A stretch of DNA of 64,000 nucleotides. Source: Squalus acanthias (taxonomy: Eukaryota). Under the pieces are notes generated by a model. The model was not told the DNA's origin. It did no database searches and saw only the letters and a program-made list of their open reading frames with translations. The stretch is taken from the NCBI GenBank assembly GCA_030390025.1, contig CM059432.1, positions 88,166,001 to 88,230,000 on the forward strand, read 5' to 3'. A program made the position numbers and the translations under genes. Of this stretch, positions 13,056 to 24,661 are shown piece after piece. Position 1 is the stretch's first letter; every line of letters starts with the position of its first letter.

Positions 13056-14877
13056 CAAGACAGCTTTCCGGTCATTTCTGGGGCTCATGGGGATAACAAT
13101 GATCATTCATCCCACAGTTTGCAGAACCCGCTAAGCTGTTATATGACTTACTCAAGGGAGATTTTTTTTTAAATTCACTCTATCTAAAAATAGCACAGAG
13201 AGGAATGTAATACAAGCGCATTCAGTGCACTGAATGTTTGTATCTATACTTTGCGAATCAAACAGTATTCCCCAATATTTTAAAGCCTGGTCCATTTCCT
13301 ATTGTTGGCATCTGACATAGAAATTGCCACTTTCAGGAGCTATGAAGTTACTATTAAATACAGTCGCTCTTGTCAGGGTCTCTGTAATCATGAGACAAAA
13401 GCATAGCACTCAGCCAGTTAGAATACTGCATTTTGCAAAGGAAACATTTCCTACACAACAGATGGTGCACTCAGTTTTGCTTCTGCTGTCAAATGACAAA
13501 GGCACAGTTCACTAGCACCTTTTTCAGTCTATAGATCATTCACCTAAGAAACGTTTCACTCATTTTTGTATTAACAGTCGCACGTTGGAACAGTGAAGAC
13601 TGAACTGGAGTGTAAACCTAACAGCATGGCAACTTACAATTAATGACTGTGATCCCAACACACTGTAGCACTTGTGCACTACATCAATATGTATATTTTC
13701 CAGTTTACTTTACTGACGCCATAAAAAGGAAGACTCCCTTGCTCTTTATCCACATGGTTAGTGCTTTTCGCGATATAAATTCTACGGAGCAAAGTGATGC
13801 ACAAAAGTAACAGCAAAAATACTGAAATTGGGATAACAATCTTAAGCAGGTTAAGAGTCAATGGAAGTATTAAGGTTAATGAATATTACGGATCACAAGG
13901 CTAAAAGAGAAGCCTGGCCAAAGAAAATGGAGCTAAATTGTTAACAGGCAGCTTTATTTCCTGATTTGTGAAGTACTGCAAATTCAGCATTCCCGGTGAG
14001 TAATGGCAGCTAGTGCCATGTGCTGGCTGCACTCCCATTTGCTTTATGCATGATCATCAATCCCTATCTAACCATCTGAATGTCACATTTATATAGATAA
14101 TAATAACCTATTACTTTAAACGTGACAATACTGAGAGCTGAGTTGAGAAGCAAGAACAATTTTCAAGTGCATATATACGTATCCATTGAACTGCATGAGC
14201 AATCTGGTCAATGTCAAAGATTCATTTCCCTTCACGATAACCAAAACGCAACCTCAAGTTCAAAAGTATAGGCTAAAGGAGAGATTAAAATCGGAAGTGT
14301 TGGCTCAGACAATGAAGGGGGTACCTTCTGAGGTTAGAGTTACTGCCAGGATTTCCTATCTTTACTATGATTAACGCTGTACAATTCTATTTCAGTATTG
14401 AGTTACACTTGAAATGATTAATAATGCTAATAAGAAACTCATTATATTAATAGGTCCTTTACCACTAGTATTGGACAGCATCTGCAGCAGAGATAATAGC
14501 TATTCTCACAGGTGATTAGCTATATAACAGGATGATTTACACTCACCCCCATATTTCTATCTGTCTTTCTATCCATCTGTCTAATATAATAAACATGTAT
14601 ATCTAGTGTGCATTTTGCCTGTCATACTTCAGACGCTACACTGTCCATATACAAAAATCTGTGCCCTACTTGCACCTGATCAGCTCAGATTTTATGTTCA
14701 TAAAACAGCAACAGATCAGAGCTCTAAGGAGTAGATTTTGCACTAAGTGAGGTGGGAAATGTGCCGAGCAGCCATTCTACCAGCTCCCTAAAGTCATTCA
14801 CCACATCTGGGATTTTCCACCAGAAATGACGGTGAACGTTGAATATATGCATTAATGGCTGAGCAATGCTGTGTTTT

Positions 14878-15197
14878 GTTTTATTCATTCTCGGGATGTG
14901 GATATCGCTGACAAGGCCAGTATTTATTGCCCATCCCTATTGCCCTAAGCAGGTGTGGTGGGACTGGAGTCACATTTAGGCCAGACCGGGAAAAAGCAGG
15001 TTTCCTTCCCTAAAGGACATTACTGAACCACTTGGGTTTTTACAACAATCCAATAGCTTTGTGGTCACTTTTTTTTTTACTGATACCAGCTTTTTATTTC
15101 CAGATTTTCTTAACTGAATTCAAATTCTCAAACTGCCATTCTGGGTGACAGAAATATTGTTGGGCTCCTAATATCCAGAGTTGCTAAGTAACAACAG
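14878..15197 (-). mobile_element. SINE with degraded tRNA-like head and LINE-derived body and tail
   Basis: Reverse complement matches 28200-28557; tail GGGCAATAAATACTGGCCTTG...CACATCCCGAGAATGAATAAAA. Confidence 0.75.
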
Positions 15198-15562
15198 GAC
15201 AGTGTTTAAAATGATAAAAGGATTCCATAGAGTAGATACAGTGAAACTATTTCCTTTGGTGGAGGAATCAAGAATGAAGAGACACAATCTTAAAGTCAGA
15301 GCCAGGCCATTTAGGAAGGAAATCAGAAAGCACTGATTTATGCAGATGGGTAGTGGAAATCTGGAATTCTCTCTCCCGAAAGGCTGTGGATGCTGGGACA
15401 ATTGGTGCTTTCAAGACTGAGATCAATAGATTTTTGTTAGGTAAGGGTATCAAGGGATATGGAGCAAAGGTGAGTAAATGGAGTTGAGGTACAGATCAAC
15501 TATGGTCTAACTGGCTGAGCAGGCTTGAGGGAGTGAATGGCCTACTCCTGTTCCTATGTTCC
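15198..15562 (+). mobile_element. CR1 LINE 3' end
   Basis: Paralogous to 1460-1821; GTTCCTAT tail. Confidence 0.85.
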
Positions 15563-16079
15563 TAAAGGTCTATTGGACATTGTGCACATGTGCACATTTA
15601 CTATCTTAAAATTCTGGTCGGGCCCAAGGGATGATAGTGAGTGGACTGCCTGAATCAAGACCGAAACCTGCTTCAGCCAGGATTCTATCTCATTTATTTG
15701 CAATTGGCATTTTCCGCTGGTGGGTTTATAATCCATGCAGCCTTCAAGAAGCATCAGAACTGAATTTATCAATGGAGTGTTCTCAGCTGTTTAACATAGT
15801 CTAACATTGCCCATAGCATCGAGTAGTTAAACTCTATTATAAAAGGTTGTCTTGCAACACGTAGGGCAGGGATGTCCAACCTTTTGGAGCTAGTGACTGG
15901 ATACACGTGTCAAAACCAGTGAATGGGCCACGTGTGATTACACAATAATGTGAGCCCTTGTACAGAAAAAGGTGAGACCCTCTTTACATAAAAAGACCCC
16001 AATACAGAAATAAGTGAAATCCACCCATGCACAAAAAACCCCCAAACTACCCATGCCTAAAATATCAATACCATGCGAG

Positions 16080-16390
16080 GTTCCCATCCTCCCTTCCCCT
16101 TATCCTATTCCTCTCATCACCCACTCATCCTTCCTCTCCTTTTACTCCCTACCTTCGCCTCCCCTAAGCCCGATTCATTCTCCCTTTACTTCATTTTTCT
16201 GCTCTTTTCTCCTCCGCTGGTTTTCTCTCTCCTCTTCTCTCATTCTTTCCCTCTCTCTTCCTCCTGCTCTCTTATGGTTCTCTGTTCTCTTCCTCTTTCT
16301 CTGTCATTTGTCCTCTCTTTCTCTGTGTTCTTTGCTGCTTTCTCTCCCTTTTAGGTCACATTGCATCTCTAGAAAGACTCCATTCTCTTC
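16080..16390. repeat. Pyrimidine-rich low-complexity tract
   Basis: Predominantly C/T on the plus strand. Confidence 0.8.
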
Positions 16391-19300
16391 AACATTATAA
16401 CCCACACTTCATAAAACATTTCCTCTATGATAAATGGGCAGCAGAAGAGATCTGACTGGAACCATTAAATCAGCACAGGGAGCGAGCGGGAGAGAATGCC
16501 GAGAAATTGGGGTTGCACCCCAAACAAACAGCAAGCCTGCAATGTGATTGCTTCACACACAGTCCTCAGTGGCCTGAGGCCCAATCAAAATTCAGATTCA
16601 GGCCTCATTTGCATTAAATAGGTGAGCTGCAAATGCCAATTGGGTGGCAGTTAGTCACTCACACTGGACCAAAGTAGCTGTCGCATCACCCAGCAGAATA
16701 TCCAGGGATGACTCAGTAAACCTGGGCACAGCCTTTGCTCTCTTTCCAGCCATAACTATTAATCTTGTCCTTCAAAGCAAATGTTCCAACCTTCAAACCT
16801 CCTCCTCCATTGCACCTGTAAATAGTCGAGGTGAAATCGCGTCACGCAAGTCCACGTCACGCCCGCTCAGGTGCATTAGAGACCCAAAACCTGGAAGGAA
16901 AATGATATTGGAGCCTCCGCGTTGAAATCAGACATTCCCACGAATCGTACAATGTTGCATGTTCATCGCTTGCTATCGCCCCCACCCCAGCTCCCCACTT
17001 GGGTCCCATCCCCACATTAATATCAAGGTCCATAACTCCTAGACATTGCCAACGGGCCAAGAAAATTCATCAGTGCAAATCTTGTTGGTTAACTGAATAT
17101 ACAGTGAGTAATTGAAGATCAGTAGATACTCTGGGGACGTCCTAACCATTATAGAATAAGCACCACATGATGATAGTAAAGAAGAGGAAAGGATGAAGTG
17201 GTGAGAGGCAAGATAGGAAAAGAGATAACATTGTAACAAAAGAAGAAAATACTGATTCTGTGCAAAGAAAAAAGGGTTAGTGTTTTGCCACATCCCTGGG
17301 TTCTTTGCTTCTAGTAAAAACGGAAGATCACCGATAAGCCGCTGTTGACAGATTATGCTGGAAATGATCACAGGGTAGTGAAAAGCTGGTGCTTTCTTTT
17401 CCTTATGTCTTACTTTTCAGTCTGATCATTTGACACGCACTGGCACAGATTCTGCATAGTCAACAGTTTATGTAAGCGAGCCTGATCCTTATTTTAAATC
17501 TTCAGCAGCAGCGATGGTATATGACTGCTCTTCATAAACATGACTGCTCTGCAATACTGGCAACCAGAACATAGCTTTGCTTTCAGAAAAAAGAAAGCCA
17601 CACCGATAACAGTGGGAAAATTGTTTGTTCTGGCATATGATGAACATGATTATGCAATTTTGATGAACAGCTTGGAAAGGAAATGATAAATGTGAAGGGT
17701 AACAGATCAGAACACACTGGGAGGCTTGTTTTGACCCTAATTATGTTGGCAGGCAGTTTTCATGCCTCCAGCAAGTTATGATGAGATTATTTTCAATCAT
17801 TTGCAACACAGATTAGAAATGTCTGGTCCTGTATGCCAGAGAGCACCACAAACACCACAAAGAGCAACTGAGCAAAGTGAAAAATACCAACAGGAGGCAA
17901 GGTGATGATTTTATTTCAACTACATTACTTATCTGTGAATATTCACAAGTTACCTATATTGAAATCACACGTTTATCCAAAGTTTTATCTCGTGTCTGCA
18001 ACAAAGTCCCTTGCAACAGTGATTCATAAATAAATTCAAAGTGGAGGTTAACACTGCTATACTCATCAGAAAGCATGGCGTCCTTTTAAACCAGAAACTA
18101 CAAGATTGTAAACAAACTGCAGTCACCAGTCGAATAAGGATTATATTTACATTAGCATTTTGTAGATAAATGCAAGCTCAAAATCCATGATAAACTTAAA
18201 ATTTAGGCAGAGATTTTCTGCACATTGATAACCTGGCTCTCAATCACCTCCTTAGTGCTTGACATAATAAGGCATGCCTTCCAGCTGGAGGGACGGATCC
18301 CGTTGACATGGGATGTTCAAGCAGGGAGCTGGGAAATCTGACCCATCATTCGCGTGATTTTGAGGCTAGCCTTTTAAGCTAGTCTAAAGCGATCTTGAAA
18401 TATGTGAGTGCTTAATTTATGTATCAAATTATTCTAAAATGGATTTAAATTATGCTGGTGCAACTTGCCATCCATTTAGTATGGGTTCATGCTGTGCATT
18501 TCTTTTGTCTTTCTGGAGTGGATATAAAGAAAGAGTGATGGAACTCTTAAAAGGGCAGATGATTTTTCAGATTTTTTTTAATTTTCAATTTTTCAATATG
18601 TTTTAGTGCTGTTCAGTTTGTGTTTTTAAAAACTTTACATTGTTTAAATTGTTTTTGGATCTGAACAGTAGGGAATATTTATATTGAAACAAAAATAGCT
18701 GAATATTGCCTGCAAAATCACCAGAATACTGAGTGCAATTGAAGCATTGACAAGACTTCAGTGTAATAAGAAGAGTTGATAAAAGGGGGAATATGAAAAG
18801 AGTATTTTGCAATGTAATTTTTCACAAGAGCTCAGGGACTGACAATTCCCCTCATTGCAAGCTATAGAATTTTGTGTTGGTCAGGCAAGCCAAGTTAAAA
18901 TTGACGATGGTGGTTGGTTTTAAAGCACTGAAGTACAAGTATGTTTGAAGTATTACAATATGAAGGAACTTATGCTAAGTTGATGTGCAGACACCAGAGT
19001 TGGACTGCCTGCACCTGCCATATATAACCAGGTCCTGGCACACCTACCTGGCAAAGCCCAAGGGAAGTTACCTTTCTAGGCTCTGGGTCAGTAGGTAGTC
19101 AATTGCAGACCTGTGCCCTCTACTGCAAGAACATCAGTAGCCAACCAGCACCCGTAGGGATGGCACTGCCAGTGACAGTGAACATCACCAGCACCATCAA
19201 CTTTTCTGCCTCCGCATCCAGCCAAGCGAGCGTCTGCAGTATCGACCAAGTGACTGATGTATCAGTCAGCGTGGCCAATAATTCATCTCATCTTGCATTG

Positions 19301-19449
19301 AATAACACCAGGAACATGATGTCGCTGCCCAATTTCACCTTTTTTCCCAATGTGGGCAGGGTTATTGATGGCAGCCTTGTGGCCATCAGACATTAGGTTC
19401 CTGCACCTCCTCTGCCATAACCACATGCTCTCCCTCATCTGTGCATCCA

Positions 19450-22191
19450 GTACTACCTCCTCAAGTTCACTAACTCTTGCCCCTGGGATGTGTGTCGCTA
19501 GACCAGTGATTGAGGACATTGGTGAGAGAAACACAAGGTGCTGTGAATTGTTGTCTTGTTCCAGGTCACAGGTGGTGCTGGCAGCGGCTCTTCCAGACTA
19601 CAACGACAGAAAAAGAAGCAGCTGTTAAAATGCAAGCTCCAAGGGACATCTTCAAACGGATCTTGTATTGCATTGTGGATGAACTTGTATGGTTGTGTGT
19701 ATTTCTGTGTAGAAGTAACTGAGAAATGGACCAAGATACACGTAGGATGCAGCAGCATTTCCACGATGTTGGGTTCCTGTGCTGCTCTGACATTTGTCCG
19801 CAGACTCCGTTTTCTGTCGCCACATTTGTTTTGTCAACCCATGGTTTTTTAGCCACTTCTTTTCTTTCCAAAAAGTAAATTTGACCTTTTTGCAGCCTTT
19901 GAAACAGCTGATGTATATTTTGTCCCCACGTACAACCATTTACCTATAAGTGTCTGCCGCCCTATATTTCTAGACAGAAATCCTTCAAGGGTTGATGGTT
20001 TGTCTAATATCTCATTTTGACAAACTCCCACCCGCAGCTCCAAAGGAGTTCACCTTTCACAAGTAACGAGGTCCTCTGCTAGAAACTCCAGTCGATTCTG
20101 CCATTTCCAGTTCAATGTCGAGGAATGTGAAGAGACTCTTTTAGGTGAGGTAAGAGTGACTGCCCTTGACATCAAGGCAGCATTTGTCCGAGTGTGGCAT
20201 CAAGTAGCTCTAGTAAAACTGAAGTCAATGGGAATTGGGGAAAAAATTCTCCACTGGCTGGAGTCATACCTAGCACAAAGGAAGATGGTTGTGGTGGTTG
20301 AAGGTCAATCATCACAGCCCCAGGACATTGCTGCAGGAGTTCCTCAGGGCAGTGTCCTAGGCCCAACCATCTTCAGCTGCTTCATCAATGACCTTCCCTC
20401 CAACATAAGGTCAGAAATGGGGATATTCGCTGATGACTGCACAGTATTCAGTGCCATTCACAACTCCTCAGATAATGAAGCAGTCCATGCCCGCATGCAA
20501 CAAGACCTGAACGACGTTCAGGCTTGGGCTGATAAGTGGCAGGTAACATTTGCCCACACAAGTGCCAGGCTATGACTATCTCTAACAAGCGAGAATCTAA
20601 TCACCGCCCCTTGACATTCAATGGCATTACCATCACCAAATCCCCCACCATCAACATCCTGGGGGTTACCATTGACCAGAAACTTAACTGGACCAGCCAC
20701 ATAAATACTGTGGCAACAAGAGCAGGTCAGAGGTTAGGTATTCTGCGGCGAGTGTCTCACCTCTTGACTCCCCACATCCTTTCCACCATCTACAAGGCAC
20801 AAGTAAGGAGTGTGATGAAATACCCTCCACTTGCCTGGATGAGTGCAGCTCCAACAACACTCAAGAAGCTCGACACCATCCAGGACAAAGCAACCTGCTT
20901 GATTGGCACACCATCCAACACCTTAAACATTCACTCCCTCCACCACTGGTGTACCGTGGCTGCAGTGTGTACCATCTACAAGATACACTGCAGCAACTCG
21001 CCAAGGCTTTTTCAGTACCACCTCCCAAACCTGCGACCTCTTCACCTAGAAGGACAAGAGCAGCAGACGGATGACAACACCACCACCTCCAAGTTCCTCT
21101 CCAAGTCGCACACTATCCTGACTTGGAAGTATATCGCCGTTCCTTCATCATCGCTGGGTCAAAATCCTGGAACTCCCTCCCTAACAGCACTGTGGGAGTA
21201 CCTTCACCACATGGTTCAAGAAGGCAGATCACCAAAACCTTCTCAAAGGCAATGAGGGATGGGCAATAAATGCTGTCCTTGCCAGCGACACCCACATCCC
21301 ATGAACGAATAAAAAAAACTTGAATCCAGCATTTGCATTGAATGCTTCCAGTCCAGCTGTAGCGCTGCTGATGCACAGGATAAATCTCCCTGCACGGCCC
21401 ACTGTTTTCCTGCCGGACTTCAGTAGAAATAGGCTTCATGCTGAGGTATTAGACCTCAGAACCTGCCAGCTGTGGCAAAACCAAGCACCACTAAATTCCC
21501 GAGTTCCACTTACCCAAGGCACCAACATGCGGTCTGTAAACAGGCAGGGTCGTGGTAGTGACAGCTGTATGATTTTCATCTTTGTGCCAGTGCTATCAAT
21601 AGCAGAGCTACCTATCCCTGTCAGAGTAAGTTCAGGTCCCTGGTCACATTGCTATAGAGTCCTATCATCAGCAGCATAGGATTCTTGCCCTGTACCTATA
21701 GTGTAGGGGGCCATTTTACGAGTCTCGACTACTGGAAGCCCTTATTGGAAATTGAGGAGTGCGCTGTCTGCACTTTTCTGAGCATTAAAGTCAGTGGGAG
21801 CACAGACTCCTACAATAACACTTATCATCTATTGCCGAACGGCAAAAATTGCAACAGTGCACATAATGATAAGTTTCCAGATCTCACACTCCTAGTGGAG
21901 AGCCGCACTCAGAAAGAACAGTGACATGAATCTTGTATGAAGTAATACTGGGCGGCCTGCTGGTGGCGCTGTCCAGGGAGAGTATAAATACTCGGGCATG
22001 GGCCCAGCTTGCTTAGGATATTCCTCAACAGGAACTAGTGAAGGACACAACTAGATCTCCATGTTGGAAAACAGTTGATTAAAGCTTTGTTTAACGCTGA
22101 GACCAAGTGCCTAGTAGTTTTCTTACGTCAAACAGTATAGCCCTTTATGGACTCTTTCTAATTGTCCGAAGCTGATACCGTATTGGTTACA
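19450..22191 (+). mobile_element. Possible very old Gypsy-like pol relic (RT- and integrase-like traces, possible short LTR at about 21937-22191), interrupted by a LINE
   Basis: Weak motifs WQRLFQTTTTEKEAA...APRDIFKRILYCIV (RT-like), PIPVRVSSGPWSH and TYHLLPNG (integrase-like); TATAAATA near 21983 and ATTAAA near 22078. Confidence 0.3.
20144..21318 (+). mobile_element. 5'-truncated non-LTR retrotransposon (RT C-terminal half, 3' UTR, A-tail)
   Basis: ALDIKAAF, GVPQGSVLGP, FADDC, LGVTIDQKLNW; ends CACATCCCATGAACGAATAAAAAAAA. Confidence 0.9.
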
Positions 22192-22880
22192 GTGGCGGTT
22201 TTTATTTGATATAATATTTGAGCAGCAGTTTATAAGGTACAGTTGAGAATTATATTACCCCGGTGGTCCTTGGGTCGAAGTTGTGATGTCCTGTTCCACA
22301 TTCCCTTTACAGTTCATCCTTGTTCACCCTCCAAGTGCTTGCTGTTGAATCTTCTACACTGAGAGTGGTCCCAAGCCCCCTGGTTATAACCCACAAACAG
22401 AAACTTCAGTCGAATTCATCCAATCATACTCTCCCATGCTCCCCCCAACCTACCCAATCATAGTGACAACACGTCCAGGCACAGACGATGCTTGGGCCTC
22501 TCTTTTCTCTGTCTTCAGTCTCATCACAAAATGTTATTTTCTCTGGGTTAATGGCTGATCCTGCAGACCTTGAAACTAACAGCCTTACTGACTAATCAAG
22601 TCTCAAAACATTGGCCTCTTCACAAGTTTAATTAGAGGAATGAATGTAACCGTGGCCTATCAAAGCTGAGAAATTAAATGTATCTACTAAGGCCCAATAT
22701 TATAAACTAATCAAACAGGTTGTAGATTGGACAAAGGAATAAACAGAATACTCGTTAGACTGGAAAAGCCTATTATCAGTTGTAGCAATTTAAGGTGAAT
22801 CCGCTGTGCCAGGCAAGGCTGCAATTTTAAATTCTTTGGGACCAGTGTCCCCAAATACCTTTCAAACCCGCAGAACAGCA

Positions 22881-24615
22881 CACTGGAGGTCACTCTCAGT
22901 ACACTGGAGGTCACTCAGTACACTGGAGGTCACTCTCAGTACACTGGAGGTCACTCTCACTACACTGGAGGTCACTCTCACTACACTGCGGGTCACTCAG
23001 TACACTGGAGGTCACTCTCACTACACTGGAGGTCACTCTCAGTACATTGGAGGTCACTCTCAGTACATTGGAGGTCACTTTCAGTACATTGGAGGTCACT
23101 CTCAGTACACTGGAGGTCACTCTCAGTACACTGGAGGTCACTCTCACTACACTGGAGGTCACTCAGTACACTGGAGGTCACTCTCACTACACTGCGGGTC
23201 ACTCAGTACACTGGAGGTCACTCTCACTACACTGGAGGTCACTCTCAGTACATTGGAGGTCACTCTCAGTACATTGGAGGTCACTTTCAGTACATTGGAG
23301 GTCACTCTCAGTACAGTGGAGGTCACTCTCAGTACATTGGAGGTCACTCTCAGTACACTGGAGGTCACTCTCAGTACATTGGAGGTCACTTTCAGTAAAT
23401 TGGAGGTCACTTTCAGTACACTGGAGGTCACTCTCAGTACACTGGAGGTCACTCTCACTACACTGGAGGTCACTCTCAGTACATTGGAGGTCACTCTCAG
23501 TACATTGGAGGTCACTTTCAGTACATTGGAGGTCACTTTCAGTACATTGGAGGTCACTCTCAGTGCACTGGAGGTCACTCAGTATACTGGAGGTCACTCT
23601 CAGTACACTGGAGGTCACTCAGTACACTGGAGGTCACTCTCAGTACACTGGAGGTCACTCTCACTACACTGGAGGTCACTCTCAGTACACTGGAGGTCAC
23701 TCTCAGTACACTGGAGGTCACTCAGTACACTGGAGGTCACTCTCACTACACTGGAGGTCACTCAGTACACTGGAGGTCACTCACTACACTGGAGGTCACT
23801 CTCAGTACACTGGAGGTCACTCTCAGTACACTGGAGGTCACTCTCACTACACTGGAGGTCACTCTCAGTACACTGGAAGTCACTCCCACTACACTGGAGG
23901 TCACTCTCAGTACAGTGGAGGTCACTCTCAGTACACTGGAGGTCACTCTCACTACACTGGAGGTCACTCTCAGTACACTGGAGGTCACTCTCAGTACACT
24001 GGAGGTCACTCTCAGTACATTGGAGGTCACTCTCAGTACATTGGAGGTCACTCTCAGTACACTGGAGGTCACTCTCAGTACATTGGAGGTCACTCTCAGT
24101 ACACTGGAGGTCACTCTCAGTACATTGGAGGTCACTTTCAGTAAATTGGAGGTCACTTTCAGTACACTGGAGGTCACTCTCAGTACATTGGAGGTCACTC
24201 TCAGTACACTGGAGGTCACTCTCAGTACATTGGAGGTCACTTTCAGTACACTGGAGGTCACTCTCAGTACATTGGAGGTCACTTTCAGTACATTGGAGGT
24301 CACTTTCAGTACGTTGGAGGTCACTCTCACTACACTGGAGGTCACTCTCAGTACATTGGAGGTCACTCTCAGTACATTGGAGGTCACTCTCAGTACACTG
24401 GAGGTCACTCTCAGTACATTGGAGGTCACTCTCAGTACACTGGAAGTCACTCTCAGTACATTGGAGGTCACTCTCAGTACGTTGGAGGTCACTCTCACTA
24501 CACTGGAGGTCACTCTCAGTACATTGGAGGTCACTCTCACTACACTGGAGGTGAATCTCACTACATTGGTCTTCACTCTCAGTACATTGGAGGTCACCCA
24601 CATTATATTGGAGGT
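22881..24615. repeat. 21-bp minisatellite (CACTGGAGGTCACTCTCAGTA)n with 19-bp variants, roughly 80 units
   Basis: Directly visible tandem array; degenerate units at the right edge run into the leader of transposase B. Confidence 0.97.
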
Positions 24616-24661
24616 TTATGCTTCTGATCTCCACTTTCCATCTGTCATATATCAGAACAGC

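Noticed and set aside
15866..15935. hAT-like terminus CAGGGATGTCCAACCTTTT
   Set aside because: No matching second TIR or 8-bp TSD found, so too little evidence to call
16014..16400. Hydrophobic membrane-protein ORFs (also 55759-55977)
   Set aside because: Products of CT-rich low-complexity DNA
22881..24615. CRISPR-like array
   Set aside because: Head-to-tail repeats with no unique spacers, no cas genes, and a eukaryotic context
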